Shown here: one piece after another, positions 1 to 7,950 of the stretch
How positions within the stretch are numbered: position 1 is the stretch's first letter
Layout of the letters: each line of letters starts with the position of its first letter
DNA from: Thermodesulfobacteriota bacterium
GTDB taxonomy: Bacteria; Desulfobacterota_D; UBA1144; Nemesobacterales; Nemesobacteraceae
NCBI GenBank assembly: GCA_965116075.1
Contig: OZ220467.1
Span: 64,191-128,190, forward strand
Reading direction: 5' to 3'
DNA length: 64,000 bases
Notes under the pieces: model-generated
Seen by the model: the letters and a program-made list of their open reading frames with translations, nothing else
Database searches by the model: none
What the model was told of the DNA's origin: nothing
Position numbers and translations under genes: made by a program

Positions 1-229
1 GGAAACTCTCCTCTATCTATTTCTTTTTCAATATCTTTGAGACCTTTCTCTATAAGCGCCGCATCTTTGCGAGAAATAATCTCTGTTTGCGCAAGCATAT
101 TCGCGTGAGCGATGCTCCCCTTTATGTCTTCTTTGTAGAGACGTTTGTCAAAACTCACTGACTGCGAAAACTTCTCAGCTACTTTGTCCGTAGGGGAAGA
201 GAACCTACCTCCCCAAGCTTTTTTCTCCA
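1..229 (-). CDS. argH: Argininosuccinate lyase, N-terminal part; gene runs off the window start. Probable TTG start at 229..227, overlapping the stop of the MscS gene.
   Basis: Reverse-strand translation of 1..229 gives (M/L)EKKAWGGRFSSPTDKVAEKFSQSVSFDKRLYKEDIKGSIAHANMLAQTEIISRKDAALIEKGLKDIEKEIDRGEF. This matches the conserved ArgH N-terminus (WGGRF...SIAH...ML). Confidence 0.55.
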
Positions 230-240
230 AATTAAATCTC

Positions 241-1323
241 CTATTTCCCCCTCTTGGAACTGCCCCCTATCCGGTCAAGAAAAACCTTGCTGGTGGGATA
301 AGCGAATTCTATTCTCTCTTCAGAGAACTTTTTGAATATCTTCAGATTTACATTCTGCTGTATGTCCATGTAGTCACGAAAGTCTGGGGTAAGAACATGG
401 TAAACCACATCATAGTTAAGGGCAAAATCGTCGAACCTATTGAAATGAGCGCGAGTGAATCTGGCGTTTGGCTCCCCATCTATTATCTCCTTCACAATAG
501 AAGGAATGTTGATGAGTTTTTCATAAGGGGTTTCGTAAACAACGCCAACCGAAAAAAGAACCCTACGCGTATCCATCCTCTTGTAGTTCTTTATACGGCT
601 CTGAAGCAGGTCGTTATTTGAAAAAACAAGTTGCTCTCCTGAGAGACTACGAATACGAGTGGTCTTAAGTCCTATGTGCTCAACATCCCCACTCATATCA
701 TCTACCACTACAAAGTCTCCCACCTGAAAAGGTTTATCAAAAATTATTGAAAGAGACGCTATTAGGTCTCCTAGGACATTCTGCATAGCAAGCGCAACGG
801 CAATTCCCCCCACGCCTAGCCCTGCAATAATGGCAGTCGGGTTAAAACCTAGTCTGTCAATCCCAATAATTAAAAGAATCGTCCAAAGAATCGCTTTTGA
901 TACAAAACCCAAACTTCTTATATGGGTTATCACCGCGCCTGAGCGGGAATCTATTTTTGAGAGCTTCTTTGTGACGTAATAACTTATAAAACCGCTTCCC
1001 CAAAAACCTATCTGAAGCAGAATGCAGATAGATACTACAGTTTGACGCAACTGCTCTACTTGTTCAGTAACTTCAAGGAAAAAAGTGCCTGTGTATATGG
1101 AGAAAATTATTATTAGCACAAAACTCGTTTTCTCCGCAAGCGCTACAACTAAGTCGTCAAAATCGGTTTCTGTTTTCTCTGCGAACTTAGCAAACAACCG
1201 CATAGACCTTTTAAAAATGAAGTTGAGAAGGAGTGCAAAAACAATTACTATTCCTAGAAACCAGAACCAAGTTTCGAGTGAATTTCCCAGATAGACTTCA
1301 CTAAGCATTTGCTGAATGTTCAA
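241..1323 (-). CDS. Small-conductance mechanosensitive channel, MscS family
   Basis: 360 aa with N-terminal TM helices and the MscS beta-domain signature (GDFVVVDDMSGDVEHIGLKTTRIRSLSGEQLVFSNNDLL). Confidence 0.85.
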   Translation of the reverse strand: MNIQQMLSEVYLGNSLETWFWFLGIVIVFALLLNFIFKRSMRLFAKFAEKTETDFDDLVVALAEKTSFVLIIIFSIYTGTFFLEVTEQVEQLRQTVVSICILLQIGFWGSGFISYYVTKKLSKIDSRSGAVITHIRSLGFVSKAILWTILLIIGIDRLGFNPTAIIAGLGVGGIAVALAMQNVLGDLIASLSIIFDKPFQVGDFVVVDDMSGDVEHIGLKTTRIRSLSGEQLVFSNNDLLQSRIKNYKRMDTRRVLFSVGVVYETPYEKLINIPSIVKEIIDGEPNARFTRAHFNRFDDFALNYDVVYHVLTPDFRDYMDIQQNVNLKIFKKFSEERIEFAYPTSKVFLDRIGGSSKRGK

Positions 1324-1582
1324 TCAATTTCTCCCAAATATTTAAACTTGCGCATGGTGAAAACGCACCGATATAGATACCCGTTAGCAAGAAACCGGAC
1401 AATATTAGACTTCTCGGAAGACGACCTCGTGCTACTGAAGTATTAAGTCGTATAAGAAAGTGGTAAAAGGGTATGAAACTCAAAAATGGAATTTTAAGGA
1501 TATAAACAAGGAGAATGAGGAAGTGGATTCAAATAATCAAAACACCACTTAAATTTGCAAAATGCCAGATTTGGCTATAATC

Positions 1583-1852
1583 TCAAAAGTAGCCCCTCTT
1601 CATCCTTTTAATTTCTTCACATAACTTATCGTAATTACCCCTCTTCCAAGTTTTAATATCTTTTATTCTTTCTCCATTATTAGGTTCTCTGCCTGCTATG
1701 TAACACGCGTATTCAAAATTAGTGTCTAACATACGTTGTTTAAGAGTTATATATGCGGACAGTAAGGTTTCCTCTTCTCCGAACCATTCCAAAGGAGGAT
1801 GTCTTTGCGAACAACTTTTAACATAACCTACCAACCATGTTTGTTTATTCAT
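1583..1852 (-). CDS. Hypothetical protein, 89 aa
   Basis: ORF in an AT-rich spacer. No recognisable motif. Confidence 0.3.
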   Translation of the reverse strand: MNKQTWLVGYVKSCSQRHPPLEWFGEEETLLSAYITLKQRMLDTNFEYACYIAGREPNNGERIKDIKTWKRGNYDKLCEEIKRMKRGYF

Positions 1853-1966
1853 TCGCCAATTATCCCGCCCAATTGTCTTATCTACTATGTATTGTATTGC
1901 ATAGTAATATTACTTGTAAAATAATCAGTGTTTCTGTCAATGAGTTCGTTGCAAAAGTGAGATATA

Positions 1967-2602
1967 TCAGAAAGAACTTCCGGGTTCCTTCAAAAAATCT
2001 ATCTCCTCCGGCGTGGATTCTCTTCCTAGCGCAAAATTTCTATGAGGATACCTGCCAAACTTTTTTATTATTTTTAAGTGGCGCCGCGCAAAATCCGTTG
2101 AGTCAGAAAGCATCTGTTTTATTTCAGCAAATCCTGAGTACTGATCTTCAAGGGCCAAGTATTTCTGCAAACTTAGACGTTGCATTTCAGGATTTTCCGA
2201 ATGCATAAGAGGAAGATAGAAAAAAATCCTGTACGCAGGGTGTAGCCCCTTATCAAACTCTTTTTCAATGCCGTCAAGGCACGCGCGAAGAGCTATTGAG
2301 TCCATTGAAAACGCGTTGGACGTTCCCCTATATATGTTTCTTGGAAACTGATCTGCGACTATGATAAACGCTATCGTTCCAAGTGGATCAGAAAGCCAGT
2401 GGGAAATTCTCCCTTTTTTTGCAGACAGAACATATCCTTCGAATTTTTCTCTTATGAGGCTGTCATGCTCCTCTGATTTTGCCCACCATAACATTCGTTT
2501 CTGTTTGTCTGGCAACTCGTTCTCGCGCAATTCCCCAAACCAAAAGGCAATTATATCCGTCACTTGTTCAAGTTCCATAGAAACAGAATTCTCATTTTCC
2601 AT
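1967..2602 (-). CDS. DUF924-family protein (conserved, function unknown)
   Basis: 211 aa with an N-terminal FWFG motif and overall resemblance to DUF924/YbaA-like proteins. Confidence 0.55.
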   Translation of the reverse strand: MENENSVSMELEQVTDIIAFWFGELRENELPDKQKRMLWWAKSEEHDSLIREKFEGYVLSAKKGRISHWLSDPLGTIAFIIVADQFPRNIYRGTSNAFSMDSIALRACLDGIEKEFDKGLHPAYRIFFYLPLMHSENPEMQRLSLQKYLALEDQYSGFAEIKQMLSDSTDFARRHLKIIKKFGRYPHRNFALGRESTPEEIDFLKEPGSSF

Positions 2603-2765
2603 GTCACCGATTATATCACACTTAGGAGTTCTATCAGGGATCTAAAGAACTTTTTAGCTTATTCCATCTTAAGACAAAATTTATTTTAGGTGTTTTTATT
2701 TCCTTGATTCAATTAAGATTTTTTTCTGATAAAACCTTTTTCTTTGAATATTTCCTTGACATAGC

Positions 2766-2836
2766 ACAAGATATTGTGCTTTAATAGTCTTCGTGTACAA
2801 AATAAAGAACTCTTTATTTTGTACACAGAATAAGTG
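2766..2836 (+). promoter_or_regulatory. Candidate operator region upstream of nrdJ. It holds an NrdR-box-like 16-bp palindrome GCACAAGATATTGTGC at about 2766..2781, and a 32-34-bp perfect palindrome TGTACAAAATAAAGAAC-TCTTTATTTTGTACA at about 2804..2837 just 5' of the SD.
   Basis: Direct reading of the sequence. The first palindrome fits the NrdR consensus acaCwAtATaTwGtgt. Confidence 0.4.
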
Positions 2837-2856
2837 AGGAGGATAGGACGTCAAAA

Positions 2857-5313
2857 ATGCCCCGAGATAAGGATGCGGAGGAGAACTCCAATAATGGGAT
2901 CTCCGAACATAAAGTTGTTGCGGTAAAAGACTCAGAGAAAAATACACCAAAAACTTCCAAAGAACGTGTAAAGCCCACTAGCGACGTTATGGAAATCCCC
3001 CAGAAAACAGTTGACGCTTTTTCTGGAGACAAACTTCGAGCCCGGGTTTTTTATGAAAAATACGCTCTGCGGGATGAATCGGGAGAGATAATAGAGAAAA
3101 CTCCAGAGCAGATGTGGCGCAGAGTTGCAAGGGAAATATCATCCCCCGAAGAAAAAAAAGACCTCAGAAAACAATGGGAAGAAAACTTCTACTGGCTTCT
3201 TTCGGACTTCCGGCTCATCCCTGGAGGTAGAATCCTATTTGGGGCAGGCCAGAAAAGAAGAGCAACCCTTCTTAACTGCTATTTCATGCCAGTAAAAGAA
3301 GACTCCATAGAAGGGATATTTGAGTGGTGCAAGGAGGCTGCGAGAACTTATTCTTTCGGAGGTGGCGTAGGGACTGATATATCAGTTTTAAGGCCAAAAG
3401 GCGCTCCTGTGAACAACTCAGCTATATATTCAACAGGCGCAGTGTCGTTTATGGATCTTCTTTCAACTACAACGGGAACCATAGGCCAAGCGGGAAGAAG
3501 GGGGGCGCTTATGATAACCCTCGGAGTAAATCACCCCGACATAATGGAATTTCTTGATATAAAAAACGATGAAACAAGAACCAAGATTCAGTTCGCCAAC
3601 ATATCTGTCAAAGTGAACGATGAATTCATGAAGGCCGTGGAAAAAGACGCTGACTATGATCTCACCTTCTTAAACGAAAAGTTTGAAATGAAAAAGACAG
3701 TAAGGGCTCGCGATATCTGGGAGAAGTTAGTCAAGTCAGCATGGTCTTCTGCCGAGCCAGGACTTATTTTCTGGGATACGGTCAAGAGGTATTCCCCAAC
3801 CGAGTACGCGGGAATGGAAGTAAACGGAGTTAATCCCTGTAGCGAGCAGGCGCTTGAAGATTACGGAAACTGTTGCCTTGCGAACGTGAATCTCTCTGTG
3901 TTTGTGAAAAACGCATTTGAAAACGAAGCCGCGATAAACTGGGAAGATCTTGAAAAGGCTTTTCAGTATACGGTTAGGTTCCTTGACAATGTGCTTGATT
4001 ACAACTTCAAGAAGCATCCTCTTGAGTTGCAAACTAAGGCGTCACTTCGATCAAGAAGAATAGGGGTGGGTTTTACGGGTCTTGGGGACATGCTCGCAAA
4101 ACTCAACATAAAATATGATTCTCCTGAGGGAGTTAAGTTCACCGACGAGTTGTTTGAGCACGTAAAAAACATTGTGTACGAGGCCAGTTCAGATATCGCC
4201 AAGGAAAAAGGAACTTTCCCCGTGTTTGATCTTGACACCCATATCGCAAACCCGTTTGTTCAAACTATGCGCGACAGCGTGATGAGCAAGATAAAGAAAC
4301 AGGGACTGAGAAATGCTTGCATACTCACCGTACCTCCTGTGGGTAGCGGATCTGTTCTCGCCGGAACCACAAGCGGAGTTGAACCGATGTTCGCCCTTTC
4401 TTATCTACGCCGGTCAGAGTCGTTGTCTGAAGGTGAATTCAAGGTCTACCACCCCCTAGTTTCCGAATATATGGAGAAATTCGGGCTTGAGGATGATTCG
4501 GAACTCCCCGACACCTTTGTCACCTCTCACCAGATAGAACCAGAGTTCCGAGTACGCATGCAAGCCGCAATCCAAAAACACATAGACTCGTGCATATCAA
4601 GTACGGTGAACCTCCCTAGAGATATAAGTCTAGAAGAAGTAGAAAACATTTACTTTCTTTCTTGGAAGCTCGGTTGCAAAGGAATAACCGTCTACAGAGA
4701 AGGCTCTAGGGAAGGAATATTAATAACCGAAGAAGAAACTAAGAATAAAAAAACCCCTCCACATCGAGATGAAGGGATGTCAACCACCCACTCCAACCTC
4801 ACACCATCCCTTCATTTCACTCAAAAGGATGAAGTAAAACCTGTCACTAGACCACAGGTTCTCAAAGGGTTTACCGAAGTGATAAAAACCGGCTACGGGA
4901 ACCTCTACGTAACCGTAAATAGTAGTGAAGAAGGTCATCCGTTTGAAGTTTTCGTTCAGATTGGCAAATCTGGGTTTACTACGATGGCGGATGCTGAGGC
5001 AATCGGAAGGCTTATATCCCTGTCGTTGAGATCTGGACTTCACGTCAGGGATGTAGTGGAACAGCTAGAAGCCATAGGGGGTTCCTCTCCGGTTTTTTCT
5101 GGGGGTCAGGTGGTTATGTCAGTTCCTGACGCGATAGCGAAAGTGCTAAGAAGCCATTTCCTCTCAGAAAACAAAGAAGTGGAAAGTAGTTCTGGTGGAA
5201 AAGTTTCTGCAGATTTGATGCTTGAACAATGCCCAGACTGCGGAAGCAAGTCTCTTGCGTTTGAGTCAGGGTGCGTTACTTGTAGAAGTTGCGGATTCTC
5301 AAAGTGTAGTTGA
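2857..5313 (+). CDS. nrdJ: Ribonucleoside-diphosphate reductase, class II (adenosylcobalamin-dependent)
   Basis: 818 aa. It has class II RNR core motifs (NPCSEQAL..NCCLANVNL, VGVGFTGLGDML, TVPPVGSGS) and the C-terminal CxxC...CxxC zinc ribbon. SD GAGGAGG lies upstream; an alternative start at M45 is possible. Confidence 0.9.
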   Translation: MPRDKDAEENSNNGISEHKVVAVKDSEKNTPKTSKERVKPTSDVMEIPQKTVDAFSGDKLRARVFYEKYALRDESGEIIEKTPEQMWRRVAREISSPEEKKDLRKQWEENFYWLLSDFRLIPGGRILFGAGQKRRATLLNCYFMPVKEDSIEGIFEWCKEAARTYSFGGGVGTDISVLRPKGAPVNNSAIYSTGAVSFMDLLSTTTGTIGQAGRRGALMITLGVNHPDIMEFLDIKNDETRTKIQFANISVKVNDEFMKAVEKDADYDLTFLNEKFEMKKTVRARDIWEKLVKSAWSSAEPGLIFWDTVKRYSPTEYAGMEVNGVNPCSEQALEDYGNCCLANVNLSVFVKNAFENEAAINWEDLEKAFQYTVRFLDNVLDYNFKKHPLELQTKASLRSRRIGVGFTGLGDMLAKLNIKYDSPEGVKFTDELFEHVKNIVYEASSDIAKEKGTFPVFDLDTHIANPFVQTMRDSVMSKIKKQGLRNACILTVPPVGSGSVLAGTTSGVEPMFALSYLRRSESLSEGEFKVYHPLVSEYMEKFGLEDDSELPDTFVTSHQIEPEFRVRMQAAIQKHIDSCISSTVNLPRDISLEEVENIYFLSWKLGCKGITVYREGSREGILITEEETKNKKTPPHRDEGMSTTHSNLTPSLHFTQKDEVKPVTRPQVLKGFTEVIKTGYGNLYVTVNSSEEGHPFEVFVQIGKSGFTTMADAEAIGRLISLSLRSGLHVRDVVEQLEAIGGSSPVFSGGQVVMSVPDAIAKVLRSHFLSENKEVESSSGGKVSADLMLEQCPDCGSKSLAFESGCVTCRSCGFSKCS

Positions 5314-5345
5314 CGTTGAAGCAAAAAGCATCTTTCTTTCAAAAC

Positions 5346-5811
5346 GAGGCATTTGCGCTGTAGTGATTCTTGATGCTGATTTCTTTTGATGATTGTGGAA
5401 CCGTTACGAGTTCATTTCTTTTGTAAATGATAAATTTGTTATTAACTTGAGGTAGTTACACTACAACGATTTTTGGGACTTTTTCCTTGAGGATGACCAG
5501 AAACAACATTGACTTGCTCTTATAGTAGAGGAGAAGATTCTGCTAGCAAATTATAATTTCAACCTATGAAGACACCTTTATAGTGGCATTAAAAATAAAT
5601 GAGATCATCAGGTTATTTGTTTTTTGGAGAATTTTTACAGAGGTTATATCAACCGATTTTAGTGTGGGGTGAAATTTCTGGTTTTTGGCTTACATTAGCC
5701 GATTTTAGGACTTTTTTGGGGTATTTTGGGGGGATTTCTGGGGTAAAAAGTTTTTTACCCTTTCTAAAAACCCTTGATATGCATACATTTTTTGGACAGC
5801 GCAAATGCCTC
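5346..5811 (+). mobile_element. Non-autonomous MITE-like element (MITE-B). It is bounded by the 16-bp inverted repeats GAGGCATTTGCGCTGT / ACAGCGCAAATGCCTC of the IS5-family element at 31473..33469. Flanking 5-bp direct repeat AAAAC.
   Basis: 5640..5811 is the reverse complement of the first about 160 bp of the IS at 31473. 5346..5620 reappears reverse-complemented at 34440..34726. No transposase ORF. Confidence 0.7.
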
Positions 5812-5915
5812 AAAACCGATTAAAAACTTCTGTTCTGAATTCATATGCCGCTACTGCGGTCTAGCCAGATTGCAGTACTCAATATTTTGGGGTAGTTTCT
5901 AAGGGTTGAGGTTTT

Positions 5916-6347
5916 TTGAAAAAACCAAAAACCATGGTCATTAACACAGAATTTCTCAGACGTTGCCTTGGCACTTTGGAATACTGTCTAAAAGAGTTAG
6001 AACGTAGTGAGCCAGATGAAATCACTTATGACGTTTATCGTGCGGCTTGCGTAAAAGAGTTCGAAATTATTTTAGAGCAAAGTGGTAAATTGCTCAGGAA
6101 AGTTTTAAGCGCTTACTTCGCCGACAATAGCCAAGCAGACCGCTTAGTTTTCAAAGATATATTTCGCTACGCAGCAAAGCACGGTTTGATTGACCCTGAA
6201 GCCTGTGAACGCTGGCTTCTTTACCGAAACAATCGCAACGATACGGTACATGACTATGGAAAAGATTTCGCCGAGAGCACTATTAAACTTCTGCCGATTT
6301 TTATCGCCGACACCAGAGCGCTTGTGGAGCTATTGGAAAAAAGATGA
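5916..6347 (+). CDS. HEPN-domain, nucleotidyltransferase substrate-binding-like protein (HI0074 family); putative toxin of a HEPN/MNT pair
   Basis: 143 aa helical protein with an RNNRNDTVHDY motif (Rx4-6H HEPN signature). It overlaps the downstream MNT gene by 4 nt. Confidence 0.65.
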   Translation: MKKPKTMVINTEFLRRCLGTLEYCLKELERSEPDEITYDVYRAACVKEFEIILEQSGKLLRKVLSAYFADNSQADRLVFKDIFRYAAKHGLIDPEACERWLLYRNNRNDTVHDYGKDFAESTIKLLPIFIADTRALVELLEKR

Positions 6348-6661
6348 CAGAAAGACTGCATTTATCATCAAAACATCGCAAGATGATTGAAGCATTGCTC
6401 AAGAACCATCTACCTGAAGTTGATGTTTGGGCTTACGGCAGTCGCATACATGGCCGAAGTCACGGTGGTAGTGATCTGGATTTAGTGTTACGCTCCCCTA
6501 GGTTGCAAAGGATTGACACTAGGCGATTAAATGCGCTTTTAGAAGCGTTTCAAGAATCTAACATCCCCTTTTTTGTGGAAGCGCGAGACTGGGCACGTCT
6601 ACCTGAAAACTTTCACAAAGAAATAGAAAAAGACCATGTGGTACTTGTATTAGGACAATAG
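6344..6661 (+). CDS. Minimal nucleotidyltransferase (MNT, pol-beta superfamily); putative antitoxin partner
   Basis: 105 aa carrying YGSRIHGRSHGGSDLDLVL (GSx9-13Dx[DE] NTase motif). Confidence 0.75.
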   Translation: MTERLHLSSKHRKMIEALLKNHLPEVDVWAYGSRIHGRSHGGSDLDLVLRSPRLQRIDTRRLNALLEAFQESNIPFFVEARDWARLPENFHKEIEKDHVVLVLGQ

Positions 6662-6755
6662 TGATGTAGAGAAAATTCGCAGTCATAATATTGATTTTCT
6701 CTCAAAGTAATGTTATGAAATTTGTGAGTTGATCACTGCATATAGGAGGTTTGAG

Positions 6756-7553
6756 ATGAATATTAGTACTTATTTAAAGAAGTTTTTTCCGTTGGGGGTT
6801 CTAAGTCTATTTTTTACATTGGCGCTCATTTTTTCGCCTGTTGAAGGCAAAGCTCAGAACGATGCTACAGAATGTAAAAAAGCTGCAGATGTAGATTCTA
6901 CAAGTGAAACCGAAGTGAAGGCTTTTCTTGAGTGCACAGTAAAATACTACAATAGCACGATTGGGACTGACCCAAAACAGGTGAGACTAAATTTAGCAGA
7001 AATAACCAGAGAATTAAGAGTAAACGATGCTTACCAGAGTAAAAGTGATAATATGTATACAATCTTAATAGAAAACTATAACAATGTTGTTTTTAACCAC
7101 TTAGCGTATCCTGAGTTGTATGGTACCACGCTTAATGAAGATGCTGATACAGACGTTGCGATGAAGTTGAAAAAGTTAATTGTAGATTCCAAGTCGGCAC
7201 CTGCTGATGATAAAATTGCGTGCATAGAATATTATAATGAGACGAAGTATGCCTGTGCGACCCAAGTAATGGCCTTAGCGCCAATGACCATGATAGCAGG
7301 TTTTCATCATGATAAAAATGATGGCGCCTTTAAAAAACCTAATTGCTCGAATTTTGCCAAGCCGGACTTTACTGCTGAGCAGTTATACAAAGACCAGACC
7401 GATGCGAATCTTCGAAAATATGTAAAAAGTTTTATCTCATCAGCTCAAAAAGCGGTGCTTACTAGGATTGAGACGGAAGTTAAAGAAAATCCGAAAATGA
7501 AAGGGTTGCTTACGTCTACAAGCCCAGGGCTTTCTAATTTTTTAGAGGCGTAA
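6756..7553 (+). CDS. Secreted Cys-containing hypothetical protein with signal peptide
   Basis: AGGAGG SD followed by ATG at 6756. N-terminal hydrophobic signal (LGVLSLFFTLALIFSPVEGKA) and low GC. Weak resemblance to Cache-like periplasmic domains. Confidence 0.5.
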   Translation: MNISTYLKKFFPLGVLSLFFTLALIFSPVEGKAQNDATECKKAADVDSTSETEVKAFLECTVKYYNSTIGTDPKQVRLNLAEITRELRVNDAYQSKSDNMYTILIENYNNVVFNHLAYPELYGTTLNEDADTDVAMKLKKLIVDSKSAPADDKIACIEYYNETKYACATQVMALAPMTMIAGFHHDKNDGAFKKPNCSNFAKPDFTAEQLYKDQTDANLRKYVKSFISSAQKAVLTRIETEVKENPKMKGLLTSTSPGLSNFLEA

Positions 7554-7950
7554 GTCGTTGATATTACCGAGTATATCTTTTCAAAGAGAGTTTTGCATCT
7601 TAGAGGTTGCCACTACGTCATGGAGAGAAATTAGAGACTCATTTGTCTTCCCTTTCTAGCGGACATGTAGAAGAATTAGGCTCGGTTTCAGTTCTTCGTA
7701 AGTTTTTTCTTATAACAAACTCTTCTGAATTATAATCTGCGGAGTTGGATATGTAGGGAGAATATATCCAAGGTAGTACATTGTCATTTGGGGATTTGAG
7801 AAAACAGTGAAGTAATATTAGTACGTTATAATCCGGATATTCCAACAGAGATATTAAGTCACAATTCGGTTTCTTCGTTGTTAGATTTCGATCTGGACGT
7901 TACAAATTTAGTTCTGGCTATTTAATGTTTGTTATGGTATGGTGTAGATC

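Noticed and set aside
145-621. 158-aa ORF on the plus strand
   Set aside because: Lies antisense across the argH start and MscS 3' end, has no motif and a poor start context. Shadow ORF of the minus-strand genes.
5599-5823. 74-aa ORF (MRSSGYLFFGEF...)
   Set aside because: Lies wholly within the MITE and is made of the element's internal repeats (GGGGTATTTTGGGG). Its reverse complement recurs at 31490..31620. An artefact of the repeat sequence.
7639-7845. 68-aa minus-strand ORF between the secreted protein gene and the ISAs1 element
   Set aside because: AT-rich spacer with no SD and no motif. Likely noncoding.
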